The notes under the pieces were generated by a model. The model saw only the letters and a list, made by a program, of their open reading frames with translations, was not told the DNA's origin and ran no database searches. A stretch of 64,000 nucleotides of DNA, from assembly GCA_019056785.1 (NCBI GenBank), contig DXJV01000029.1, positions 59,615-123,614 of the forward strand. The letters are read 5' to 3'. Origin of the DNA: Candidatus Heimdallarchaeota archaeon (GTDB taxonomy: Archaea; Asgardarchaeota; Heimdallarchaeia; JABLTI01). Shown here in pieces: positions 46,906 to 56,671 of the stretch (position 1 is its first letter; each line of letters opens with the position of its first letter). Both the position numbers and the translations under genes were made by a program.

Positions 46906-48231
46906 TTATTTATTTAGAATAATGTCCCTCAAAATTTTCTCTTTTTTCTTATTTTGTCTCCTAGTATAAATGATTGGCAGAATGAAAATCGACCCAATTA
47001 TGGTAATGTAAACTATTGTTTTGATATATGGCATCCAATACCCAGGAGGTTTACCACTATAGAAAGTCAGATTTAGAATACAGATCCCGTCTATAAAGGT
47101 TTGCAAATAGATATAACTTTCATGCGAAAAAACACCAACAGCACAACTAGAGGCCACTAAATTCTGTTCTAATAATTTTGGTTTAGAAGGGTCACTAGCA
47201 TCGAGAACATAAAAACCGTTCATATCGGTTGCTTCGAAAACATATTTCCCATTGACAGCAATATCCCAAATATTTTCAGTCGTATAACGATAACCTACTG
47301 GATAATCCTTTTCCCCATAATAATGACCGATTCTTATGGGGCTGGTGCTGTTTTTTGTGATATCAAGTATAAAGAGACCGTGACACCCGGTGCCAAGATA
47401 TACATATGAACCATTTATTGTGACACTAAACCCATATATGTCTGTATACATCTTATCTTCAAAATAGCCAACAATAACAGGATTTAGAGGATCACTTATG
47501 TTAATAATCTTTAGAGGAGGGCCTGTATTATCTGTCACATAAGCAAGGGAACCCTTAATTGCAAGATCCCAAACTTCCCCAAATATATCAAATTGTTCAA
47601 CCATTATAGGTTGAGTTGGATCACTGATATTAACAATGACTAACCCGCCTCTATGAGCAGCTAAGTAAGCATAGTCACCTTGAAGAGCAATAGTTTGAAC
47701 ATTACCGGGAGTAGGACAGTGTCCTATGAACGTGATATTTTCAAGATCACTGATATTTAGGATCGTTAAGCCAGTTTTACCAGCAACATACAAGTAGTTA
47801 TCTCGTAAAGCGAGGGTTTCCAGACTATAATTGTCAAAAGAATACTCTGCAACAAATGTTGGTGAAGCCGGATTACTCACATCAATTATTGTAGGGTTAC
47901 GCCCGATAATGCTAAAGATGTAGTTATCTTGCATGGCAAATCCCAAGCCTCTTTTTACTTCATCAGGGGGGTAATATGCTAGCAATGTAGATACAGTATA
48001 GTCATTAATTTGCATAGGCGGGTCAACTTTTGGATTAATGGCTCGTTGGAAATTATTCACTGTCAAAGGCGGAGCTGTAAAAATAGGCACTATTGAAAAA
48101 GTCATTACTAAAAGGAGAAAAACGGAACAGAAGATAGAAGTGATTTTTGTCAAAGAAAAAAGGATACTTATCGAACAAAAATTTCTGTTCTTGGTTAAGC
48201 GATTTTTTTTATTTGTCATTTTTTCTCCCAT
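46906..48231 (-). CDS. Secreted LVIVD-repeat beta-propeller protein with C-terminal TM anchor
   Basis: 441 aa. N-terminal signal/TM. Repeated units of the LVIVD repeat family (GLTILNISDLENITFIGH, GGLVIVNISDPTQPIMV, PPLKIINISDPLNPVIVGYF). C-terminal hydrophobic helix followed by a basic tail. Confidence 0.75.
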   Translation of the reverse strand: MGEKMTNKKNRLTKNRNFCSISILFSLTKITSIFCSVFLLLVMTFSIVPIFTAPPLTVNNFQRAINPKVDPPMQINDYTVSTLLAYYPPDEVKRGLGFAMQDNYIFSIIGRNPTIIDVSNPASPTFVAEYSFDNYSLETLALRDNYLYVAGKTGLTILNISDLENITFIGHCPTPGNVQTIALQGDYAYLAAHRGGLVIVNISDPTQPIMVEQFDIFGEVWDLAIKGSLAYVTDNTGPPLKIINISDPLNPVIVGYFEDKMYTDIYGFSVTINGSYVYLGTGCHGLFILDITKNSTSPIRIGHYYGEKDYPVGYRYTTENIWDIAVNGKYVFEATDMNGFYVLDASDPSKPKLLEQNLVASSCAVGVFSHESYIYLQTFIDGICILNLTFYSGKPPGYWMPYIKTIVYITIIGSIFILPIIYTRRQNKKKEKILRDIILNK

Positions 48232-48594
48232 TTTATTATCAACTAGAACTTAAAGATAAAAACATATTTAGTTAAAAATAAATAAGTTCGAATATATTTT
48301 TATACCTTTGCTTTTCTTAAAACAATAGACACTTTTGTAGAAGAAAAAAACAATGGGAAAAATAAAGAATGCTTCTTCTCTCCTCTTTTACCTTAAACAA
48401 AACAATCTACTGTAATTGGGGGTCTTTTGCTGAAATTTCTTTTCAGAAAGATGAATTAAAAATTAGAGATACCAAAAATTCGTTAGGAATAACTACCACA
48501 AAATTAGGGGAACTTCTCAGAACAGATTATATACAATAAAAGTAACATTTAAAAAACAAAACAAACAGCACAACACTGGATGAGAACTAACATT

Positions 48595-48700
48595 GGGCGT
48601 ATGGCTCAGCCAGGTAGAGCGGAGGACTCTTAAGAGAAAAAGAGGTTCTTCACTCAGAAATATCCTTAAGTCGGGGGTTCGAATCCCCCTACGCCTACCA
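48595..48700 (+). tRNA. tRNA-Lys(CUU) with a 29-nt intron at the canonical 37/38 position; encoded CCA
   Basis: Acceptor GGGCGTA/TACGCCT (G1-U72); D arm GCTC-AGCCAGGTA-GAGC; anticodon stem GAGGA...TCCTT interrupted after the loop CTCTTA by AGAGAAAAAGAGGTTCTTCACTCAGAAAT; intron AAGAG can pair with anticodon-loop CUCUU, as in bulge-helix-bulge substrates; T arm GGGGG-TTCGAAT-CCCCC. Confidence 0.7.
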
Positions 48701-48822
48701 TTTCTTCTCTTTCTAATGTTTTATTTGCTCATGATAAAAATAGAAGAAAATTGACCGTTTGTTTTTTTAAGAAAACTTTTTCTTTCGAGAAGGCGATAGT
48801 TTAGTAATGAATAAGCACGCAG

Positions 48823-49068
48823 TTGTTTAGGAGTTTCTTACTAATGGTTGAGCCTAAATGTCCGGAATGCGGCAACAATGAATTTGAGTATCGTTATATT
48901 TTTCCCGAAGGGAAAACGCAGGAGTGGAAAGAGCGGAGGATCCAGTTTAAAGCCGACGGTCGTAATGACCAATGGATTGAAGACATTAAGAAGCAATTCA
49001 ATGAAGCGCATCCTTGTGCCATTGTTTTTTGCACTAAGTGTGGTCATATTATTGGTGCCGCCAAATAA
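48823..49068 (+). CDS. Small zinc-ribbon protein
   Basis: 81 aa. CPECG...CTKCGH (two CxxC pairs). Confidence 0.45.
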   Translation: MFRSFLLMVEPKCPECGNNEFEYRYIFPEGKTQEWKERRIQFKADGRNDQWIEDIKKQFNEAHPCAIVFCTKCGHIIGAAK

Positions 49069-49195
49069 ATTATGCTTTCATGTTATGCTAACGTTATCAC
49101 ATCACCTTTCAGCCTCTTCTCTTTTACGTTATTTTCATTTTACCACAAGAGATAAAAAGAGGGGAACAGCCTAAAGTTCTTTAGAAGTAGAAAAA

Positions 49196-49741
49196 ATGCA
49201 GGAGGAAAATCCAACGCCCTCTGAGAAAGTTGCTGCTCTGCGGCAATTCTTTGTTTCACCACCCCCGAAAAAAGGCAAACATCATCGTATTCTTGTTTTT
49301 GGTACTTTTGATATTATTCATCCTGCTCATTTACGCTTTCTTACTGAAGCCCGAGTTGCGACAAACTGTCCTGACTGTGAGCTTGTTGTCGTTCTTTCAC
49401 GTGACAGCTCCATCGAGCGCATTAAAGGCCGGAAACCCATTTTTAGTGAAGAGCAACGCTTAAAACTCATCAGTGGCTTACGGCTGGTAGATTATGCCTG
49501 CTTGGGCAATGAAGGAACGGACCATTTCCGAATCATCCTTGATATTGAACCGGATTACATCGTCCTTGGTTATGACCAGCTTCTGGAGGAACGGCCATTA
49601 CTCGAGTTCATTCAACGGCATCAACTCCAAACAAAGGTTCTACGATTACCGAAATTTGAGAGTGGGGACCTCTGTAGCTCTTCTGAAGTGCGGAAAAAAG
49701 TCCTTCAAATGTATAACTCGGAAAAAGAAAAAGCAATTTAA
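49196..49741 (+). CDS. ribL: Archaeal FAD synthetase RibL (cytidylyltransferase-like nucleotidyltransferase)
   Basis: 181 aa. GTFDIIHPAH (HxGH-type), and GRKPIFSEEQRLKLISGLRLVDYACLG / PDYIVLGYDQ closely parallel M. jannaschii RibL. Confidence 0.8.
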   Translation: MQEENPTPSEKVAALRQFFVSPPPKKGKHHRILVFGTFDIIHPAHLRFLTEARVATNCPDCELVVVLSRDSSIERIKGRKPIFSEEQRLKLISGLRLVDYACLGNEGTDHFRIILDIEPDYIVLGYDQLLEERPLLEFIQRHQLQTKVLRLPKFESGDLCSSSEVRKKVLQMYNSEKEKAI

Positions 49742-49887
49742 CGGAAGTCTAATTAAAAGTAATTTTTCTATGCTTTAGAATTACCTCAATCTTTTTTTTA
49801 TCAGCATGAGTCTAATTTCCTGTTTAGGAGGTTGTTACCATCACTTGCACTTTTTCTTTTTTTCCCATTTGCCCTATAATGGAAATG

Positions 49888-51231
49888 TTAGTCCAATATA
49901 TCGCTTGGGATTTTCAGGTTGCTGAGTTGCTTGAATTCTCTTTTTTCGAAATTGGCGATCTTTTTCAGAAGATTTTTCCTATCTTCGTTTGTTATGATAC
50001 ACTCATCGCTTTGAGCATATTCTGCCAATTCGTTGAGTAAGCTTTGATACTCTTCAATTAAATGTTCGTCATTAGCATAATTACCTTCAATCGATAGTTC
50101 TTTTAGGAGTTCAATAATTGGTTTATCTTTCTTAGTAATTTCACCAATTATGAAGGCATCACGATCGAGAGGATTATTATGTTGATAGAAGCGCTCAATG
50201 ATTGCTATATTATCATCCACTTCTCGAGCAGTAATACGTTTCTCTTTTATGGAATTCCGTAGCATCAGATAGGGTAGGGTCAGAGCATATTCACCGAGTT
50301 TTGAAAAATCACCAATACGCCAGAGCTTTGGTGGTCGAAATGTGGAACCAGTGCGTTCAATATATCCTTCATGCAAGACCTCCAGTAGCGATTTTCCGAG
50401 ATGATCCTTTTGTGAGAGTATCTCTTCGGCTGTCACTTCTTGTAAATAATTCTCAGAATAGAGATACGAATCGATGTTTTTTGCGAAAGAAGAAGTGATA
50501 ACATCAATGCTACTCACCACCGGATAGTAGTAATTTGCCTGTGAAATGCCATGGGTTGCAACCATCAAATTCCAGTAAAATGTTGAACCTTCTGTGGTCT
50601 TAATTTCGCTCCAATAATTCTTTAAATTCTCGTTTAAGAGGTCTTGGTAGGCACTAAATTGGGGCCCGCCATTTACGATAATATGTAATGCCATCTTCCG
50701 CTCGTCTAAAATATTTTTCTTGAACAACTCTGCATGCCCGCAGCTTTTATTTTTTATTAACCAATTTAGCGCCAAATATTCTATTACTGTTTTAAGGAAG
50801 GTTTCTACAAAGAGTTTTGGATATTGGTATCGTAATTGAAGGGCTTTACTGACATATTGCCAATTTGATGAATCAAGGGTTTTTCCCAGTTCATAAAGTT
50901 TTTTCCCTTCAAGAATAGAGGTTTCTTGAAGGAGTTTAAATTGCTCTTTTGGCTCGAGTCTAAAAAGAGTCATTTTTATTGAATCATTTCGCAATAAACT
51001 TGCGAAAAATTTCTTAGCGAGTCTATTATCCAATTTGTTTTTTCCTTTCGTTTTTGCTTCCATTGGCATACCAATTAAATTGACAATGTGTTCCGAATTT
51101 AGCAAATTGTGTATTAAAAGTTTAATTTCATTTTCTTTTTCAATAGATAAAACACCGACAACAATGTCTTTTCCGATTTTCCCAGCTTCCGCAACTCCCA
51201 AACTTAAATTGCAGTCTATATTTTCGCTCAA
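49888..51231 (-). CDS. Hypothetical protein
   Basis: 447-aa ORF with typical coding composition. No motif recognised by eye. Confidence 0.45.
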   Translation of the reverse strand: MSENIDCNLSLGVAEAGKIGKDIVVGVLSIEKENEIKLLIHNLLNSEHIVNLIGMPMEAKTKGKNKLDNRLAKKFFASLLRNDSIKMTLFRLEPKEQFKLLQETSILEGKKLYELGKTLDSSNWQYVSKALQLRYQYPKLFVETFLKTVIEYLALNWLIKNKSCGHAELFKKNILDERKMALHIIVNGGPQFSAYQDLLNENLKNYWSEIKTTEGSTFYWNLMVATHGISQANYYYPVVSSIDVITSSFAKNIDSYLYSENYLQEVTAEEILSQKDHLGKSLLEVLHEGYIERTGSTFRPPKLWRIGDFSKLGEYALTLPYLMLRNSIKEKRITAREVDDNIAIIERFYQHNNPLDRDAFIIGEITKKDKPIIELLKELSIEGNYANDEHLIEEYQSLLNELAEYAQSDECIITNEDRKNLLKKIANFEKREFKQLSNLKIPSDILD

Positions 51232-51374
51232 AGTTTGACCCTCTCCAGGAGGATAACTGCTATTTTAAATGCTTTTTAAATTACTAAATACGCTCTTTTC
51301 TTTATTAGTATTCTTCTCAAAAGAGCGTTTCATTATGGAAAAAATGGTGCGGGGAGCGGTTTTGATAAGAAAGA

Positions 51375-52061
51375 TTATTTGGTTTTCGAGAGTTTTTTAT
51401 ATTCATCCAATTTTATCGAGAGCTTGATCATTGCATCGTTTAGTTCAAAAGCTTGGAAGGCAGTAATCAAGTCGGTTCGGGTTCGATTGACCAGATTCCT
51501 GGCAGAATCCAATTTTGTTCGCAATGGTCCCACCAACATTTTTGTGTAATCGACAGTGATCAATTCTGAGAACAAAAAATCCATGTAATTAAAGGCTCGT
51601 TGAGCATTTTCCATATCTCTCCGTCGCAACGAATCAAGCAGATACCGTCTTAACTCTCCTATCGTATCACTTGCAGCCAACATGTAACTTGTAAAGGAAA
51701 TCTCACATTCTTCCACTGAAGGGATCTCGTCGTAACGAATGATAGAGTTTATCATTATTGCCTCCCCTAATTCTTGTGCAGCATCATCTAATCCCCGCCA
51801 GCACTCGAGACTTTTTGTTCCTTCGACTCTTTTGCTCATCTCCTTAAAGAGCTTCTTTGCTTCCTTTATTTTTTCATCAGCAATTTTGAATTCTTGCCGG
51901 TGAACAGATTTTATCGCTTCACTACAGATTCTTATTAATCGTCGTTGCTTAGTAAGGATGATATCTCGAGACTTGTCCTCCTCTTCTAGGAGAAGTTTTA
52001 TATGATTCATTGATTCTTCAAATTTCTCTGTCTTCAATTTGGACAACTCTACTTTATTCAC
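51375..52061 (-). CDS. Translin-family protein
   Basis: 228 aa (the same length as human translin), all-alpha. AASDTIGELRRYLLDSL...AFNYMDFLFSEL resembles translin GVADLTGELMR...FINELDSGF. Confidence 0.55.
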   Translation of the reverse strand: MNKVELSKLKTEKFEESMNHIKLLLEEEDKSRDIILTKQRRLIRICSEAIKSVHRQEFKIADEKIKEAKKLFKEMSKRVEGTKSLECWRGLDDAAQELGEAIMINSIIRYDEIPSVEECEISFTSYMLAASDTIGELRRYLLDSLRRRDMENAQRAFNYMDFLFSELITVDYTKMLVGPLRTKLDSARNLVNRTRTDLITAFQAFELNDAMIKLSIKLDEYKKLSKTK

Positions 52062-52264
52062 TCTTTTATTAAATTTAAATTAATCTTTTAAATGAAGAAT
52101 TTTTTTCCCGTTTTGCCTCCTCCCGATTATTTTCAGTTATCTCCGGTGATTTTTTGTTGTTTAAAGAGCACAAATATCTGTAGTAAGTCAATAGTTTCAC
52201 CAATCACTCTCAACTTTTTATATAACCGATACAATAATTAGTAGTAGTATGGAGCGCGATTTAG

Positions 52265-52573
52265 ATGGAACGTAAGCGAAGATTGATACAGAAAGTGAAA
52301 ATCGAAACAGTGCAAGCGAAAGTTTTACTCGAACTGAAGCCTTGCCCTGAATGTGGCAGCGAAATGAGTTTTTATTTAGATTGCCCTTTTGGTAACGGTA
52401 ATATTGTCAATCCTGAGATTTGTTCTGAGCGATGCAATGTTAGCTGTGAAGCATTAATTTATTGCGAACAATGTGACTATGAAGAATTTGTCGAAATCTT
52501 TCCACTTTCCGGTCTACCAATTAAGGAACGGCTTTCAAAACGTGAGTTTCAGGAAAAACCGAAGTGGGAATGA
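52265..52573 (+). CDS. Small zinc-ribbon protein
   Basis: 102 aa. CPECGSEM...CEQCDYEE. Confidence 0.4.
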   Translation: MERKRRLIQKVKIETVQAKVLLELKPCPECGSEMSFYLDCPFGNGNIVNPEICSERCNVSCEALIYCEQCDYEEFVEIFPLSGLPIKERLSKREFQEKPKWE

Positions 52574-52589
52574 GAATGGGTGGAGAGCG

Positions 52590-53054
52590 CTAATCTTCTT
52601 CGTCAGGCAGGTCTGGAATTATTAAATTCTCATCGAAGTCTTCATCCCAATCAGGAAGATATTTATCTCCGGGAGGCAATAAACTTGGATTTTTAGCGAG
52701 AATTCGTTCTATCTTTTGGGCAATAAACACCAAAGTGATTGCTTGTGAAACATATGATTCTCCTTCCAACACAGCCATAACCAAGGCATTTTTTCCAGCA
52801 CTTACAGCAACGATGTGTCGATCACCCGGCACATTGATTTGGATATCTCTGACACCTTCAAATTTGAGCAAATCAGAAACATATTCTGAAATATGGACAA
52901 TACCGGAGGCAGCAGCACTGAGAGCTTCTTTAATATCCTCAGAATCGTTTGGTGCAAATGTTTGAATTGGAATGCCCGATCTCGAAGCAACGACGATTGT
53001 GTTTACACCTGTTGATTGTGAAAAATCATTCAGGATGGTTTCAATATCTTCCAT
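52590..53054 (-). CDS. Roadblock/LC7 (MglB-like) domain protein with acidic C-terminal tail
   Basis: 154 aa. TGVNTIVVASRSGIPIQTF...ALSAAASGIV...HIVAVSAGKNALVMAVLEG is the Roadblock/LC7 fold pattern. C-terminal DWDEDFDENLIIPDLPDEED. Confidence 0.7.
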   Translation of the reverse strand: MEDIETILNDFSQSTGVNTIVVASRSGIPIQTFAPNDSEDIKEALSAAASGIVHISEYVSDLLKFEGVRDIQINVPGDRHIVAVSAGKNALVMAVLEGESYVSQAITLVFIAQKIERILAKNPSLLPPGDKYLPDWDEDFDENLIIPDLPDEED

Positions 53055-53162
53055 TTTTACCTACTCTAAATGGTAACTGTTTTAGGTTATTTATTTTACT
53101 GTTTAGACTATTTTTAAGAGCTTTTTGAGTTTTTTTTGACAGAAAAAAATGTCAGTAAGCGT

Positions 53163-53888
53163 TTATTTTAGCGCTTGGAAAGTGTCTGAGAGGACCTTAG
53201 GATTATTTGTAATGAGTGTTTGGACGCCCATTTTTGCTAATTTTACTGCTAAATCAGGTTTGTCCACCGTCCAAGTGCGCGTTATTAAGCCAAATTGTGC
53301 GGCACGGGATAACAGTCTTTTTGTGACTATTGACTTATGAGGATGTATCCCTTCACAGTGAAGAGATTTTCTAACTTTTTTTAGACTCGTAAAGGGATTA
53401 GTGAATAGGAGAGCTGTAGGAATACTCGCGTTTAGTTCCTTAACTTTCCGTAATGTTTCTGGGATAAAGGAGGAAATTACCAGCCTTTTGGTAATTTTCA
53501 GATCGGTTAACATATCCACTAATGTTTTTTCGAGCCTTTTTTCTTTAATTTCTATGTTCAACCAATATGTATTCCCAAAAAGTTTGAGAACTTCTTCTAG
53601 AGTGGGGATTTTTTCGCCATGACCAAAATCAAATTTCCGGAGCTCGGTTAGCGTTAATTCTTTTACAATTCCAGTACCATTTTTAATTGTTCTATCAACT
53701 GTACTATCATGAATGATAACAATTTCCCCGTTTATCGTTGCTCGGATATCAAATTCCAAACCATCAGCACCATCATGAAATGCTCTGGAAAAAGCTGCAA
53801 GTGTATTTTCGGGCTCAACGGCAGAAGCTCCTCGATGGGCAAAAATAAGAGGTTTTAGTAGGGGGTATTCCATGACAATCAGCAACAA
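53163..53888 (-). CDS. Glycerophosphodiester phosphodiesterase (GDPD)
   Basis: 241 aa. HRGASAVEPENTLAAF...LEFDIRAT...IIHD. Confidence 0.85.
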   Translation of the reverse strand: MLLIVMEYPLLKPLIFAHRGASAVEPENTLAAFSRAFHDGADGLEFDIRATINGEIVIIHDSTVDRTIKNGTGIVKELTLTELRKFDFGHGEKIPTLEEVLKLFGNTYWLNIEIKEKRLEKTLVDMLTDLKITKRLVISSFIPETLRKVKELNASIPTALLFTNPFTSLKKVRKSLHCEGIHPHKSIVTKRLLSRAAQFGLITRTWTVDKPDLAVKLAKMGVQTLITNNPKVLSDTFQALK

Positions 53889-53989
53889 ACAAAATTATTT
53901 ATTAACCAGCTATTGAAATTTTATTCTCATCTAATAAATTATATTGCTTAAAAACAACTTTAAAACCATCGATTTGTTTGTGATTCGAC

Positions 53990-55072
53990 ATGGAGCTAAA
54001 ATTAGCATTCAAAAAAACGATAGACAACGTTCAGAGGGAACTGAAGAAACTCTTTAAAAAAAATGGCTCAAAGACAGTATTATTGGGTGACTTTAGTGGT
54101 ATTTTCTATGACTCTTTAGACGAGTATCTCACCCATGGCGGCAAACGCATTCGCCCTTTTCTTGTTCAGACGGCTTTCGATGCAGTGGGAGGCGACCATT
54201 CGAAGGGAAATATTGTTCGGGCCTCGCTGGCACTTGAATTGCTACATAATGGATCCCTCCTTCATGATGATGTAATAGACAAAGACGAAACGCGCCGTGG
54301 TAAACCTGCATTCTACGTTAAATTCAGAAATTTCTACCAACAACAAGTAAACAACGAGTCTTTTGACAAGGCAAATGATTTTGGTGAAGCGATGGCTATT
54401 TTTGCCGGAGACCTTTGTTTTCCCTACGCCATTGAATGCATTATTAATAGTGGTTTTCCAATGGAAGCAAGGATTAAGGCTTTACAAGCATTTGCAGATG
54501 CTTTTCGAGAAGTTATTAATGGTGTTATTATTGAAACCGGCGATGCCACATTAAACACGGGTACTGAGAAGTCTTATTATCGAATGGTTAATTTGAAAAC
54601 TGGGGCCTTAATTCGCAAAGCAGTTGAAATTGGTGCCATTCTCGGTGGCGGATCAGAAGCGCAAAGAAATGCGTTAGTTACCTATTGTAAGGAAATCGGC
54701 ATAGCCTTCCAAATACAAGATGATATTCTAGGTATTTTTGGTGACCCAGAAAAACTGGGAAAACCCATCGGAGGGGACATCAGAGAGAATAAACAAACGA
54801 TTTTAAGAATTTATGCGATGGCAAATGGCTCTAGTGAACAAGTGAATCGTCTTAGCGAATTGATGGGTTCGGATGACATTACAGAAGCCGAAGTCGAAGA
54901 AGTGCGAAAAATTTTCCGAGACACAGGTGCATTGGCTTTTGCCCGTGAGAAAATTAAGGAAGCAACAGAAAAAGCGATCCAAGCATTAGAAACAGCAAAA
55001 CCACCGCTTAAGGAAAAACCAAAGAAATTGTTCATTGCACTGGCAAAATATCTAGAAGAACGGAAAAAGTAG
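53990..55072 (+). CDS. Polyprenyl (geranylgeranyl) diphosphate synthase
   Basis: 360 aa. First Asp-rich motif LLHDDVIDKDETRRG and second FQIQDDILG. Confidence 0.85.
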   Translation: MELKLAFKKTIDNVQRELKKLFKKNGSKTVLLGDFSGIFYDSLDEYLTHGGKRIRPFLVQTAFDAVGGDHSKGNIVRASLALELLHNGSLLHDDVIDKDETRRGKPAFYVKFRNFYQQQVNNESFDKANDFGEAMAIFAGDLCFPYAIECIINSGFPMEARIKALQAFADAFREVINGVIIETGDATLNTGTEKSYYRMVNLKTGALIRKAVEIGAILGGGSEAQRNALVTYCKEIGIAFQIQDDILGIFGDPEKLGKPIGGDIRENKQTILRIYAMANGSSEQVNRLSELMGSDDITEAEVEEVRKIFRDTGALAFAREKIKEATEKAIQALETAKPPLKEKPKKLFIALAKYLEERKK

Positions 55073-55157
55073 CCTTTTCTCGTCTTTGCTCCAAGAATAT
55101 TGCCTTTTTTATACTTCTTTTTGAATTTTCTTTTATAACAGGATGAGATGAATGTGA

Positions 55158-55502
55158 ATGGTTGAAACAGGCGAGAACAATACTCCAGGAAAAACGGCTG
55201 TAAATACGCGAGAAATGCTTGAGAATGATGTTCGCTCAAACCTCCGCTATTGCTGGCAACGAGCAATGGTTTTTGCCATCCAATACAAACCAACGATTCA
55301 AGAAGTGCTGGACGAACTTGTTAAGGGGTTTTTAGTCTTTATACCAAAATATCACCCAAAAAGAGAGGCTTTTCGACAAGCACTTGTGGAGGTGTTCCAT
55401 GAAATGCTGGGAAAATTCTTCTCGACAGAAGATATTTCTGGAGAGATGCTCGAAAACCACTTTATAGAAAAAGCCATTGACAAGATAAAGCAATTGCTCT
55501 GA
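55158..55502 (+). CDS. Hypothetical small protein
   Basis: 114-aa ORF co-directional between two + strand genes. Confidence 0.3.
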   Translation: MVETGENNTPGKTAVNTREMLENDVRSNLRYCWQRAMVFAIQYKPTIQEVLDELVKGFLVFIPKYHPKREAFRQALVEVFHEMLGKFFSTEDISGEMLENHFIEKAIDKIKQLL

Positions 55503-55579
55503 ATTCTCCACCTTAATAAAAAAGTTAATTTGTCTTCAAGTAGAGATAAAAAAACTGGAAAAACTCGGAGGAAAAACCA

Positions 55580-56653
55580 ATGGATGTTCTCGTAATAGGT
55601 GGTAGTCGGTTTAGTGGTAGAAAATTGGTTGAATTACTTGCCAAAAGAGAACACTCTGTTATGGTGATTAATCGCGGAAAATCAGAAAAAGCGGCCCCGC
55701 CCTTTATTCAGCCAGAGAAATACCAATATCCTGAAGGTGTGGAAGTTCTCCATGCTGATCGTAAAAATACCAGAGAGTTTGCGCGAATCCTTCGAAAAAG
55801 CACTTTTGAAGCGATTATCGATACCTGTGCGTATACAGAACCAGATGTCCGGACAATTTTGCAAAACACCCCAAAAGGATTAGAACATTATGTTATGGTC
55901 AGTACAGCCAGTGTATATGATGAGAAAAAATTAAGAATGTTTCCTATTGCAGAAGAAGCCCCTATCGGTTCAATGGGTGATGATGAGCAACTCCTTTATA
56001 GTAGAGATAAACGCAAAGCAGAGGCAGCACTAAAAACTGCCTATCAAGAGACCGGCTTCCCCATGACTATTATCCGCCCAACATATATTTATGGGCCAAA
56101 CAATCCACTCTACCGAGAGTATTATTTTTTTGACAGGCTTCTTGACAAGCGCCCCATTTTTCTTCCGGGCAGTGGTGACTTTATTATTGACTTTGTTTTT
56201 GTCTCTGATGTTGCATGGCTATTAGCCGCGCCACTTGAAAGTAAAAAAGCTAAAGGGGAAGTCTACAATGCCACCGGCGAAGGTGGGCTCACACTCAACA
56301 GCTATATTGATATTCTAGCTGAAATCGTTGGGGTTAAACAGCCTGAAGTTATTCATTATAACCCAGAAATTTTACAGCAAAAAGAGCTGCAGCCAAAAAC
56401 AATGATGCAAATGTTTCCTTTTAGCTATAGTGAGCATCTGCTTTTAAGCCGAGAAAAAGCTGTGAAAGACTTTGGTTATAAACCAACCCCCTTCTATACA
56501 GGAGTACGCATAACGTTTCAATGGTACGAAAAACGACGCAACCGCGACTGGCAACCTGATTACTCGCTGGATGAAAAAATCAGAAAATATCTCGAGAAAA
56601 AAAATACAACAATGACTAATTATAAGCGAAACCTTGATTTTTCAGCAAAATAA
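55580..56653 (+). CDS. NAD-dependent epimerase/dehydratase family protein
   Basis: 357 aa. N-terminal VLVIGGSRFSGRKLV Rossmann motif; SDR-extended architecture. Confidence 0.75.
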   Translation: MDVLVIGGSRFSGRKLVELLAKREHSVMVINRGKSEKAAPPFIQPEKYQYPEGVEVLHADRKNTREFARILRKSTFEAIIDTCAYTEPDVRTILQNTPKGLEHYVMVSTASVYDEKKLRMFPIAEEAPIGSMGDDEQLLYSRDKRKAEAALKTAYQETGFPMTIIRPTYIYGPNNPLYREYYFFDRLLDKRPIFLPGSGDFIIDFVFVSDVAWLLAAPLESKKAKGEVYNATGEGGLTLNSYIDILAEIVGVKQPEVIHYNPEILQQKELQPKTMMQMFPFSYSEHLLLSREKAVKDFGYKPTPFYTGVRITFQWYEKRRNRDWQPDYSLDEKIRKYLEKKNTTMTNYKRNLDFSAK

Positions 56654-56671
56654 TAATTATTCTGGAGAAAC

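Noticed and set aside
46706-46969. 87-aa ORF on the plus strand between tRNA-Gly and the LVIVD gene
   Set aside because: It overlaps the LVIVD 3' end and terminator hairpin on the opposite strand. AT-rich, no motif.
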